From Flavobacteriaceae bacterium (GTDB lineage: Bacteria; Bacteroidota; Bacteroidia; Flavobacteriales; Flavobacteriaceae): 64,000 bases of DNA. The notes beneath the pieces are model-generated. The model had not been told where the DNA came from. It ran no database searches and saw nothing but the letters and a program-made list of their open reading frames with translations. Below, piece by piece: positions 52,500-61,928 of the stretch (positions are counted from its first letter, which is position 1; each line of letters starts with the position of its first letter). The stretch lies in the NCBI GenBank assembly GCA_964229535.1, contig CAXRDL010000054.1, forward strand, positions 6,558 to 70,557. The letters are read 5' to 3'. A program made the position numbers and the translations under genes.

Positions 52500-53546
52500 A
52501 TGACTAAAAAAACTATTGAGGCTCATGACAGTGTACTGGACTTGGTTGGCAACACCCCACTTATCAAGCTAAATGAAACTGTAAAAGGTTTTCAAGGTAG
52601 CTATTACGCGAAAGCTGAGTTTACCAATCCAGGTCACTCCAACAAGGATCGCATCGCACTGCATATCATTGAAGAAGCAGAGCGAAAAGGCATTCTCAAG
52701 CCTGGAAATACCGTTATTGAGACGACCTCAGGAAATACTGGTTACAGTATTGCTATGGCCAGCATCATCAAGGGGTATCAATGTGTTTTGGCGGTTTCCT
52801 CTAAATCATCACCCGATAAAATTGAAATGCTTCGTGCCATGGGAGCTGCAGTTTATGTATGCCCTGGTCATGTAAAAGCTGATGATCCACGTTCCTATTA
52901 CCAAGTCGCTAAGCGATTGCACAACGAGATAAAAGGTTCTGTTTACATCAATCAGTATTTCAACAAACTAAACACGGAAGCACATTTCCTAACAACTGGC
53001 CCTGAAATATGGAAACAAACCTCAGGTCAGGTAACACATTTGGTGGCAGCAAGTGGAACAGGAGGTACGATTTCAGGCATTGGACGATATTTAAAGTCCA
53101 AAAATGAGAACATCAAAATCATTGGAGTTGACGCCTATGGATCGGTTTTGAAGAAGTTTCATGAAACTTCTGAGTTTGATGAAAACGAAATATACCCTTA
53201 TCGAATTGAAGGGCTGGGTAAAAACCTGATTCCTTCGACGACCCATTTCGAATATATTGACCATTTTGAAAAGGTAACTGATGAGGATAGTGCTCATTCT
53301 GCCAGAGAAATTACAAAGAAAGAAGGTCTTTTTGTTGGCTACACTTCTGGTGGGGCACTTCAAGCGATTCGGCAGTTAAATCAACAAAACCAATTTTTTG
53401 ATAAAAACAGTATTGTGGTCGTAATCTTTTGCGACCATGGATCTCGTTATATGAGTAAGATCTACAGTGATCAATGGATGAAAGAACAAGGCTTTTTCGA
53501 CGCAAACCATTTGCAAGATGAAAAAGCAATTGAATATATCAAATAG
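52500..53546 (+). CDS. PLP-dependent cysteine synthase / cystathionine beta-synthase-fold enzyme; candidate cysteate synthase (CapA-like)
   Basis: PLP-lysine context [17 protein letters not shown], and the phosphate loop GTGGTISG. There is no CBS-pair domain. It lies immediately upstream of an AONS-family acyltransferase. Confidence 0.8.
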   Translation: MTKKTIEAHDSVLDLVGNTPLIKLNETVKGFQGSYYAKAEFTNPGHSNKDRIALHIIEEAERKGILKPGNTVIETTSGNTGYSIAMASIIKGYQCVLAVSSKSSPDKIEMLRAMGAAVYVCPGHVKADDPRSYYQVAKRLHNEIKGSVYINQYFNKLNTEAHFLTTGPEIWKQTSGQVTHLVAASGTGGTISGIGRYLKSKNENIKIIGVDAYGSVLKKFHETSEFDENEIYPYRIEGLGKNLIPSTTHFEYIDHFEKVTDEDSAHSAREITKKEGLFVGYTSGGALQAIRQLNQQNQFFDKNSIVVVIFCDHGSRYMSKIYSDQWMKEQGFFDANHLQDEKAIEYIK

Positions 53547-53581
53547 TTTAACCTCAATTTGAACGAAAAGAAACACAAAGA

Positions 53582-54844
53582 ATGAACAACGATATTTTTG
53601 ACAGGATGCGTGCAAACAGAGGCCCCCTAGGGAAGTGGGCTTCTCTAGCAGAGGGTTATTTTGCGTTCCCTAAACTAGAAGGACCTATCGGAAATCGCAT
53701 GTATTTTCAAGGCAAGGAAGTCATTACTTGGAGTGTTAATGACTATCTCGGATTGGCCAACCATCCTGAGATTCGGAAAGTTGATGCTGAGGCAGCAGAG
53801 GATTATGGTTCTGCATACCCCATGGGTGCTCGACTCATGTCTGGGCATACGACTGCGCATGAGCAGTTGCAAGACGAGTTAGCCGCTTTTGTCAATAAAG
53901 AAGCTGCATATCTTCTGAACTTTGGGTATCAGGGCATACTTTCAACAATCGATTCCCTTGTATCCAAAAATGATGTCATTGTTTATGATGTCGATGCGCA
54001 TGCGTGTATAGTAGATGGAGTGAGACTTCACTTGGGAAAGCGATTTACTTTTCAGCACAACAACATTGAAAGCTTAGAGAAAAACTTGGTTCGTGCAACC
54101 AAAGTCGTTGCGGAAACTGGCGGTGGTATTCTTGTCATTTCTGAGGGGGTTTTTGGAATGCGTGGAGAGCAAGGTCGTTTAAGTGAAATCGTTGCCCTAA
54201 AAGAAAAATTCAATTTCCGCTTGCTTGTCGATGACGCACATGGGTTTGGTACGCTTGGAGCTACTGGTGCTGGTACGGGGGAGGAGCAAGGCATTCAAGA
54301 TGATATCGATGTCTATTTTGCCACATTTGCCAAGTCAATGGCAAGTACAGGGGCATTTATCGCAGCAGATAAAGACATAATTGATTATCTCAAATACAAT
54401 ATGCGTTCACAGATGTTTGCAAAATCACTGCAAATGGTGCTTGTCAAAGGGGCATTAAAACGATTGGATATGCTGCGTTCCATGCCCGAACTCAAAGCAA
54501 ACCTTTGGAAAAACGTAGATGCACTACAAACGGGTCTTCGTGAGCGTGGTTTTGATTTGGGATCTACGCAAAGTTGCGTTACCCCAGTTTATCTCAAAGG
54601 GAGTGTACCTGAAGCCATGGCTTTGGTCAAAGATTTGAGAGAAAACTTTGGAATTTTCTGCTCAATCGTTGTTTACCCAGTAATTCCCAAAGGATTGATT
54701 TTATTGCGATTGATCCCGACTGCTTCGCATAAGATTGAAGATATCGATGAAACGCTCGAGGCATTTTCAACCATTCGCGAACGACTCAACGACGGTTTGT
54801 ATAAGCGGTTGTCTTCAAAATTCATTGAGGAAGTAGGTGTGTAA
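53582..54844 (+). CDS. Alpha-oxoamine synthase family PLP enzyme (AONS / serine palmitoyltransferase-like); candidate cysteate-C-fatty-acyltransferase (CapB-like)
   Basis: 420 aa. Motifs NDYLGLANHP and VDDAHGFG, with PLP-lysine context ATFAKSMAS. Size and N-terminus are typical of Bacteroidota Spt/SulA-type enzymes as I remember them. Confidence 0.8.
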   Translation: MNNDIFDRMRANRGPLGKWASLAEGYFAFPKLEGPIGNRMYFQGKEVITWSVNDYLGLANHPEIRKVDAEAAEDYGSAYPMGARLMSGHTTAHEQLQDELAAFVNKEAAYLLNFGYQGILSTIDSLVSKNDVIVYDVDAHACIVDGVRLHLGKRFTFQHNNIESLEKNLVRATKVVAETGGGILVISEGVFGMRGEQGRLSEIVALKEKFNFRLLVDDAHGFGTLGATGAGTGEEQGIQDDIDVYFATFAKSMASTGAFIAADKDIIDYLKYNMRSQMFAKSLQMVLVKGALKRLDMLRSMPELKANLWKNVDALQTGLRERGFDLGSTQSCVTPVYLKGSVPEAMALVKDLRENFGIFCSIVVYPVIPKGLILLRLIPTASHKIEDIDETLEAFSTIRERLNDGLYKRLSSKFIEEVGV

Positions 54845-54847
54845 GGA

Positions 54848-55837
54848 CTAGTCCACATCAATTAATACAACGGTTTCTCCTTTGCTATTAATATAGCCAC
54901 GAGGCATGGCTACCGTATTAAAATGGATGACCACACCGCCTTGGCTATCAAGCCCGATGACACCTCCGTCACCACCCTGACTTTTCAGTTTATTCATCAA
55001 GGTGTTATAGCCCGCTTCGTCTAGGCTTTCATTGCCGTATTTGACCTGTGCAGCAATATCATAGGTGGCCACATTTCGTATAAAATACTCCCCATGACCA
55101 GTTGCAGACAAGCCCCCAATGCCGTTTTCCGCGTAAGTTCCTGCTCCGATAACTGGAACATCACCTACACGTCCAAACCGCTTATTGTTCATTCCACCAG
55201 TGGAAGTTCCAGCAGCTATATTCCCATTGTGATCAATCGCTACAGCACCAACAGTACCAAACTTTGTCTTGTCTTCACTCAATCCCTCAAGATGTTCTTG
55301 GTATCGATATTCGTTGTAGAAATAACTTTGTGGTACGGTATCCATGCCATGGGTCACTGCAAATTCCTCGGCTCCTTTCCCAATCAGAAATACATGGGGA
55401 GAATGCTCCATGACAGCAATCGCAGCGTCGATTGGATTTTTGATATTTGTAAGTCCTGCGACTGCTCCGGCTTGCCCATTTTGTCCATTCATGATCGATG
55501 CGTCCAATTCGTTGGTTCCAGAAGAGGTAAACACAGACCCTTTCCCTGCATTAAAAAAGGGAGAGTCCTCTAAGATATTAATTGCAATTTGTACCGCTTC
55601 AACGCTAGTACCTCCATTTGCCAAATGCTGTTGGCTTTTTTGTAGTGATTTTTCGATTGCTTCTCGAATCCCTTCTTCTTCGCCTGGAATCATCAAATCG
55701 GTGGAAATATTACCAGCGCCGCCATGTACGACAACCATTGCCTTTGGCTGGGGTTTGGGGTCATGACAAGAAATAACTGTAGTAACAAGTAAAATAAATA
55801 GAGCAGGTTTAACCATAAGATTTGTTTTTAATTCCAC
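54848..55837 (-). CDS. Isoaspartyl peptidase / L-asparaginase (Ntn hydrolase), lipoprotein
   Basis: Lipobox-like VISCHD, autoprocessing/nucleophile context FGTVGAVAID, and GTSTGGM. Confidence 0.85.
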   Translation of the reverse strand: MELKTNLMVKPALFILLVTTVISCHDPKPQPKAMVVVHGGAGNISTDLMIPGEEEGIREAIEKSLQKSQQHLANGGTSVEAVQIAINILEDSPFFNAGKGSVFTSSGTNELDASIMNGQNGQAGAVAGLTNIKNPIDAAIAVMEHSPHVFLIGKGAEEFAVTHGMDTVPQSYFYNEYRYQEHLEGLSEDKTKFGTVGAVAIDHNGNIAAGTSTGGMNNKRFGRVGDVPVIGAGTYAENGIGGLSATGHGEYFIRNVATYDIAAQVKYGNESLDEAGYNTLMNKLKSQGGDGGVIGLDSQGGVVIHFNTVAMPRGYINSKGETVVLIDVD

Positions 55838-55967
55838 TAATTTATAATTAATTTTTTAAAGATATTGGAAAGGGCGTAGTTCAATGTTTTTAACCTTCCA
55901 AGATAAAAATGGTTACACACCAAATTGTATTCCCTGTTCAAAATCGATTTAATTCATTTTAATTTCC

Positions 55968-55975
55968 TAATTTTG
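55968..55975 (+). promoter_or_regulatory. Candidate -7 box TAATTTTG upstream of pyrR
   Basis: Exact TAnnTTTG match, ending 15 nt before the pyrR ATG. Confidence 0.35.
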
Positions 55976-55990
55976 CTCAAATAATATTGG

Positions 55991-56539
55991 ATGAGTGATC
56001 GACTTCTCCTCGATACTAAAGAAATTCAAATCATCCTCAATCGCCTAGCTTGTCAGTTACGCGAAACCCACCAAGATTTTTCCAATTCTGTCCTTATTGG
56101 GGTTCAACCTCGAGGTACGATTTTGGCAAAACGTATCCTCTCGATTCTAGAGGAAGAGGACCATCTACATGATATTGCAAATGGCTTTCTCGACATCACT
56201 TTTTTCAGAGATGATTTTAGACGGACAGAAAAGGTGTTGTCTGCAAACAAAAACTTGATGGATGTTTCTGTTGAAAATAAAAAAGTAGTCCTCATCGACG
56301 ACGTACTCTACACAGGGCGCAGTGTTCGGGCTGCCCTGACCGCCATCGATTCATACGGTCGTCCTGCAGAGATTGAGCTGCTCACGCTGATTGACCGTCG
56401 GTTTTCCCGTCATTTACCAATACAGCCCGACTATTTGGGCCGACAGGTTGATGCAATTGCTGACGAAAAGGTATTGGTGCATTGGGAAGAAGAACACGGA
56501 GAGGACGCTGTCTATATCATAAATAAATCAAATGAGTAA
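55991..56539 (+). CDS. pyrR: PyrR (pyrimidine regulatory protein / uracil phosphoribosyltransferase)
   Basis: 182 aa with PRPP-binding motif VVLIDDVLYTGRSVRAAL. Confidence 0.9.
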   Translation: MSDRLLLDTKEIQIILNRLACQLRETHQDFSNSVLIGVQPRGTILAKRILSILEEEDHLHDIANGFLDITFFRDDFRRTEKVLSANKNLMDVSVENKKVVLIDDVLYTGRSVRAALTAIDSYGRPAEIELLTLIDRRFSRHLPIQPDYLGRQVDAIADEKVLVHWEEEHGEDAVYIINKSNE

Positions 56540-57461
56540 ACTGAGCGTTTCACACTTATTGGGGATCAAATATCTAACCACTTCCGATATTGAGCTCATT
56601 TTTGAAACTGCCTCTCACTTTAAAGAAGTCATCAATCGTCCGATTAAAAAAGTGCCATCCCTTCGTGACGTTACCATCGCCAATTTGTTTTTTGAAAATA
56701 GTACACGAACCAAATTGTCCTTTGAACTAGCTCAAAAACGACTCTCAGCTGACGTCATTAATTTCTCTGCTTCAAACTCATCCGTTAAAAAAGGCGAGTC
56801 TCTAATTGATACGGTAAACAATATTCTATCCATGAAGGTCGATATGGTTGTGATGCGCCACCCAAACCCGGGCGCGGCCATGTTTTTGTCCAAACACGTA
56901 GATGCGCGTATAGTCAATGCCGGTGACGGCGCACATGAACACCCAACACAAGCTCTTTTAGACTGTTTTTCCATTCGGGAAAAACTGGGGAAGATCGCAG
57001 GGAAAAAGGTGGTTATCGTTGGAGATATTCTACATTCTCGAGTTGCATTGTCAAATATTTTTGCTCTGAAAAAACTCGGTGCGGAGGTGATGGTTTGTGG
57101 CCCACTCACACTGATTCCCAAGCATATAGAATCCTTGGGAGTAACTGTCGAAACCGACCTTCAAAAGGCATTACAATGGGCTGATGTTGCCAACGTACTG
57201 CGGGTGCAATTCGAACGGATGAGGACTAGTTTTTTTCCTTCAAATCGCGAGTATGCCATGCAATACGGCATTAGCAAACAGCTTGTGGAACAGCTCGATA
57301 ATGACCTCTTAATCATGCACCCTGGACCAATCAATCGGGGGGTTGAAATTTCCTCAGATTTAGCGGATTCTGAACACGCAATTATTCTCGATCAAGTTGA
57401 AAACGGAGTTGCTGTTCGCATGGCAATTCTCTATCTTTTAGCAAGCAAAATTGAACAATGA
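56532..57461 (+). CDS. pyrB: Aspartate carbamoyltransferase catalytic subunit
   Basis: 309 aa. Motifs STRTKLSFE, HPTQALLD and HPGPINRG. 8-nt overlap with pyrR. Confidence 0.95.
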   Translation: MSKLSVSHLLGIKYLTTSDIELIFETASHFKEVINRPIKKVPSLRDVTIANLFFENSTRTKLSFELAQKRLSADVINFSASNSSVKKGESLIDTVNNILSMKVDMVVMRHPNPGAAMFLSKHVDARIVNAGDGAHEHPTQALLDCFSIREKLGKIAGKKVVIVGDILHSRVALSNIFALKKLGAEVMVCGPLTLIPKHIESLGVTVETDLQKALQWADVANVLRVQFERMRTSFFPSNREYAMQYGISKQLVEQLDNDLLIMHPGPINRGVEISSDLADSEHAIILDQVENGVAVRMAILYLLASKIEQ

Positions 57462-57799
57462 CATTTGACATCAACGACAAGACCGCCATTATTACCTATG
57501 AAGGGTCAGATACAATTGGACGTCCATTCCGAGATGAGATTAAGCGCAATTACAAATCTTTTTCTTCTCTGAATATCGTCGTGGATTTAAGCCCGATGAA
57601 ATCTGTTTTGTCCAAACACATTAAGGAATTTGTCGAACTGGCAAGTCGCCATAAGGAGCTGAGCGACAAGTCCTTTGTCATTGTGACTGGTCCGATTGCT
57701 TTAAAACTCTTGCCAGATGGTCTGAACGTTGTTCCGACCTTGCATGAAGCCCTTGATACGATTGAAATCGAGGAGATTGAACGTGATTTAGGGATCTGA
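57458..57799 (+). CDS. Hypothetical 113-aa protein (possibly STAS-like fold)
   Basis: The ORF overlaps the pyrB stop (ATGA) and the rnz start (TGATG). It has no Cys or His metal motif, so it is not PyrI. The fold guess rests only on the alternating beta/alpha pattern. Confidence 0.5.
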   Translation: MTFDINDKTAIITYEGSDTIGRPFRDEIKRNYKSFSSLNIVVDLSPMKSVLSKHIKEFVELASRHKELSDKSFVIVTGPIALKLLPDGLNVVPTLHEALDTIEIEEIERDLGI

Positions 57800-58704
57800 T
57801 GAAGCTCACAATACTTGGGTGTAATTCTGCTACCCCACATGCCGATAAAGCACCGACTGCACAATTGTTGTCAACCAAAAAACATCATTTTCTGATTGAT
57901 TGCGGGGAAGGAACCCAAGTATTACTGCGCAAAGCGAAGGTCAAATTTGCACACTTCAAACATATTTTTATTTCTCACCTGCATGGTGACCACTTTTACG
58001 GTCTTCCAGGATTGATATCCACCTTTCGACTTTTGGGTCGGGAGGCACCCTTGCACATCTATGGACCAGTGGGGATACGAGAAGCGGTAACCTTACTTCT
58101 TAAGTTGGCAGATTCATGGACAAATTACCCCTTGCATTTCCATGAGCTGAACAAAAAAGAGCCCGTTTGTTTGTTTTCCGAGGACGAAATGGAAGTCCAC
58201 ACCATTCCATTGAAACATCGCATATATACCAATGGTTTTTTGTTTCGGGAAACACCAACAGAACGCAAAATCAATCCTGAGGCAGTGGAGAAATTTCGAA
58301 TCGACCAAAGTCAAATGAGAAACCTAAAGCAAGGAAAAGATGTGGTCAATGTAGATGGAGAAACCATTTCAAATGCGCAAGTGACATACGATCCACACCC
58401 TTCTAAAGCATATGCGTTTTGCAGCGATACGGCATATCACCCTGAAATGACGCAACAAATACAAGGCGTTGATGTCTTGTATCACGAAGCAACTTTTTTG
58501 GATGACAATCTGGAACTGGCTAAAAAGACCAATCATTCTACTGCCAAACAAGCTGCGCAAATTGCCAAAGATGCCAATGTCAGCCGTTTGATATTGGGGC
58601 ATTATTCGTCACGTTATAAGGATTTGACATTATTTCAGTCCGAAGCTGGTGAAATTTTTGACAATGTTGAACTCGCATACGATGGTTACACTCTAGAGTT
58701 TTAA
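57799..58704 (+). CDS. rnz: Ribonuclease Z
   Basis: 301 aa. Metallo-beta-lactamase motif SHLHGDH and late HYSSRY. Confidence 0.9.
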   Translation: MKLTILGCNSATPHADKAPTAQLLSTKKHHFLIDCGEGTQVLLRKAKVKFAHFKHIFISHLHGDHFYGLPGLISTFRLLGREAPLHIYGPVGIREAVTLLLKLADSWTNYPLHFHELNKKEPVCLFSEDEMEVHTIPLKHRIYTNGFLFRETPTERKINPEAVEKFRIDQSQMRNLKQGKDVVNVDGETISNAQVTYDPHPSKAYAFCSDTAYHPEMTQQIQGVDVLYHEATFLDDNLELAKKTNHSTAKQAAQIAKDANVSRLILGHYSSRYKDLTLFQSEAGEIFDNVELAYDGYTLEF

Positions 58705-58737
58705 TGATTTTGTACTTTCACAGCAAAATTCACCACG

Positions 58738-59376
58738 ATGGATCTCTCTGATTTTCGAAAACAATACACCAAAGGGCAGTTGCTGGAGTCTGAAGCTCCA
58801 TCCAATCCATTCGAATTGTTTGGTCACTGGTTTGATGAGGTTCAATCTTATGGGAAGGAACAAGAGACCAATGCCATGACCCTAAGCACGCATCTATCGG
58901 AGGGTGGGATTGCATCTCGCGTTGTACTTTTAAAAGAAGTCCGTAATGACGGCTTTGTGTTCTATACCAACTACAACAGCACCAAAGGGCAATCGATCGC
59001 ACATGATCATCGGGTTTGCTTGTCATTTTTTTGGCAGAGTATGGAACGTCAGGTAATCATTCAAGGAATTGCTACCAAACTATCCGCCAAAGACTCGGAT
59101 CAATATTTTAATTCTCGGCCACGTGGTAGTCAACTGGGCGCTCATGTCTCTGATCAAAGCACAAAAATTGAGGACCGAACTGCGCTTGAAAGTAAGTTAG
59201 CAGCCCTAGAAACCCAATACCAAGGTCGTCCGATTCCCAGACCGACACATTGGGGTGGTTATGTTGTGACGCCTTCATCTATAGAATTTTGGCAAGGACG
59301 TGCAAACCGACTTCATGACCGTTTGGCGTACAAAAGGGAATCATCTGCTTGGACAATCACGCGGCTTTCCCCATGA
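58738..59376 (+). CDS. pdxH: Pyridoxamine 5'-phosphate oxidase
   Basis: 212 aa. Motifs SRVVLLKEV and IEFWQGRANRLHDR. Confidence 0.95.
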   Translation: MDLSDFRKQYTKGQLLESEAPSNPFELFGHWFDEVQSYGKEQETNAMTLSTHLSEGGIASRVVLLKEVRNDGFVFYTNYNSTKGQSIAHDHRVCLSFFWQSMERQVIIQGIATKLSAKDSDQYFNSRPRGSQLGAHVSDQSTKIEDRTALESKLAALETQYQGRPIPRPTHWGGYVVTPSSIEFWQGRANRLHDRLAYKRESSAWTITRLSP

Positions 59377-59855
59377 AAACATGGGTGATGGTTCGTCATG
59401 CCAAATCGTCTTGGGAGTTCAACTTGCCAGACCGTGAACGTCCACTTGCTGAACGAGGGGTCAAAGATGCGGTTTTGGTCGGTCAAGAACTCAACAAACA
59501 CAATTTACATATCGATCAGGTTTATAGCAGCCCCGCAAAACGCGCATTTGACACCGCATTACTCATGGTTTCTGAACTAGGTCTATCGACAGAAAATATT
59601 CAAATTGAAGAAGAGCTCTATGATTTTATGGGGGAACAGGCCCTTGAGTTTGTTCACTCTCTTCCCGATGATCTCCATACCATTATGACTTTTGGGCATA
59701 ACAATGCCTGCACGCACCTTGCACAATCCTTGGGAAATTACACAAACGCCAATATCCCGACAGCAACAGCTGTGATTTTTCATTTTGACGTATCTTTATG
59801 GTCGGATATCCAGCAGTGTGACTGCACTTCTATTCGTCCAAAAACACTACGTTAA
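59373..59855 (+). CDS. sixA: SixA-type histidine phosphatase family protein
   Basis: MKTWVMVRHAKSSW carries the RHA catalytic motif, and FGHNNA follows later. The ATG at 59373 overlaps the pdxH stop (ATGA). Confidence 0.75.
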   Translation: MKTWVMVRHAKSSWEFNLPDRERPLAERGVKDAVLVGQELNKHNLHIDQVYSSPAKRAFDTALLMVSELGLSTENIQIEEELYDFMGEQALEFVHSLPDDLHTIMTFGHNNACTHLAQSLGNYTNANIPTATAVIFHFDVSLWSDIQQCDCTSIRPKTLR

Positions 59856-61928
59856 ATGTCACAAAATCGTTTCGTCAATAGGGAAATTAGTTGGTTGGAC
59901 TTTAATGCGCGTGTATTGCAAGAAGCACAAGATGAGAATGTTCCACTGATTGAGCGTTTGCGCTTTATTGGCATTTTTTCGAATAATCTGGATGAGTTTT
60001 ACAAAGTGCGCTATGCGACGGTCAAGCGAATTGCTCGGCTTGAGGAAGCCAAAAACAGAGTGTTTGGAGACCGCCCTGCAGAAGTTCTACTCAAAGAAAT
60101 CACAAATAAAACCATTGCCCTGCAAAAGGAAAGTTTAGACACCCTAAACGCCTTGCACGCTGCCCTTGAGCAAGAAAATATTTTTATCGTCAAAGAAGAT
60201 GAAATCAATGAGGAGCAACGCGCATTTATCAATACCTATTTTGCGCAAGAAGTAGGTCCCTCATTAGTGACTTTGATGTTGAATAATATCGAGTCAATTT
60301 CAAGAATTAAGGACGTCAATGCGTTTTTGGCTGTGCGTATGGAGCTGGATGCCGAAAAACATCCCTTTCTCGATCCCATACAATTTGCATTGATTGAAAT
60401 CCCATCCTCACTTAAGCGGTTTGTCGTTTTGCCATCAGCAGAAGGAAAAACCCATGTGATGTTGCTCGACGATCTGATCCGCACCCAGTTGTCAACAATA
60501 TTTGATGTGTTTCAAAACAAGACAATCGAAGCGCATATGGTCAAATTTAGTCGTGATGCCGAACTCGATATCGACGATGATTTATCCAAAAGCTATGTCG
60601 AAAAAGTAGCAGAGAGTGTCAAAGATCGCTCGCATGGCGAAGCAGTTCGCTTTGTGTATGATCAAGACATTGCAGAGGATACCTTATCTCTGTTGCTCGA
60701 TCGTCTTGATATCGATAGTCGCGATAGTGTCATCGCTGGTGGGCGATATCACAACCGCAGAGACTATATCAAGTTTCCCGATTTGGGGAGGTCAGATTTA
60801 AAATACCAACCACAAGACCCACTGCCGATTCTTGATTTTGATTTGCACAAGAGTATATTTTCCCAAATCGCGACCAAAGATCGCTTGATGTTTACGCCCT
60901 ATCATTCGTTTGCCTATTTGGTTAAATTCCTTCGTGAAGCAGCCATCGACCCCAATGTCAAAAGCATTTCCATTACGATTTACCGCCTTTCCAAACTGTC
61001 GAATGTAGCGAGTGCACTGATTCAAGCCGCTCGAAATGGCAAACGCGTAACCGTTCAAATTGAATTACAAGCCCGCTTTGATGAAGAAGCCAACATCAGC
61101 TATGCGGAAGAAATGAAAAAAGAAGGAATCCGACTCATTTTTGGGGTTCCTGGACTCAAAGTGCATTCCAAAATCTGTGTGGTTCATCGTCTTGAGGGCG
61201 ATAAACTCAAACGCTATGGATTTGTCAGTACAGGGAATTTTAATGAGTCCACAGCAAAAATATATACAGATTATACGCTATTTACCTCCAACCAACCGAT
61301 TTTAAAAGAAGTTGATAAAGTATTTCGGTTTTTGGAAGCGAGCTATCGCGTCAACAAATACAAACACCTTGTTGTATCTCCGCATTCAACTTCTTCCTTT
61401 TTTACCTCATTGATTGAACAAGAAATCGATCATGTAAAAAATGGTAAAACAGGATTGATCAAGTTAAAAATGAACAGTTTGACCAACTATAACATCATCG
61501 AAACGCTCTATGATGCGAGTCGGGCAGGGGTGCATATCCAGCTTATTGTTCGTGGGGTTTGCTGTTTGATTCCGGATATAAAAGGGATGAGCGAGAACAT
61601 TGAAGTCATCAGTGTGGTGGATAAGTTTTTGGAACATACCCGTATGATGATTTTTGAAAATGATGGCGACCCCTTGGTTTATATTTCATCGGCAGATTGG
61701 ATGACACGTAATCTGGATAACCGGGTAGAGGTGTCATGCCCGATCTATGACCCTGACATCAAACAAGACCTGTTGGACACCTTTGCCATCACTTGGGCTG
61801 ATACTGTAAAGGCACGTTTGCTAAATGGCAAAAAACCCAATACCTATAAAAAATCCAGTTCGGAACAACGCAGAACCCAAATCGACTTATATGACCACTA
61901 CAAAAACAAGCTCACTCTTGAAGGTTAA
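59856..61928 (+). CDS. ppk1: Polyphosphate kinase 1
   Basis: 690 aa. N-terminus FVNREISWLDFNARVL and RFIGIFSNNLDEFYKVRY, with PLD-like HSKICVV. Confidence 0.95.
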   Translation: MSQNRFVNREISWLDFNARVLQEAQDENVPLIERLRFIGIFSNNLDEFYKVRYATVKRIARLEEAKNRVFGDRPAEVLLKEITNKTIALQKESLDTLNALHAALEQENIFIVKEDEINEEQRAFINTYFAQEVGPSLVTLMLNNIESISRIKDVNAFLAVRMELDAEKHPFLDPIQFALIEIPSSLKRFVVLPSAEGKTHVMLLDDLIRTQLSTIFDVFQNKTIEAHMVKFSRDAELDIDDDLSKSYVEKVAESVKDRSHGEAVRFVYDQDIAEDTLSLLLDRLDIDSRDSVIAGGRYHNRRDYIKFPDLGRSDLKYQPQDPLPILDFDLHKSIFSQIATKDRLMFTPYHSFAYLVKFLREAAIDPNVKSISITIYRLSKLSNVASALIQAARNGKRVTVQIELQARFDEEANISYAEEMKKEGIRLIFGVPGLKVHSKICVVHRLEGDKLKRYGFVSTGNFNESTAKIYTDYTLFTSNQPILKEVDKVFRFLEASYRVNKYKHLVVSPHSTSSFFTSLIEQEIDHVKNGKTGLIKLKMNSLTNYNIIETLYDASRAGVHIQLIVRGVCCLIPDIKGMSENIEVISVVDKFLEHTRMMIFENDGDPLVYISSADWMTRNLDNRVEVSCPIYDPDIKQDLLDTFAITWADTVKARLLNGKKPNTYKKSSSEQRRTQIDLYDHYKNKLTLEG

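Noticed and set aside
55094-55766. Two long plus-strand ORFs (159 and 140 aa) antisense to the isoaspartyl peptidase gene
   Set aside because: They lie entirely inside a well-supported minus-strand gene. Their translations are low-complexity (Ser/Pro/Cys-rich) with no motifs, as expected for shadow ORFs.
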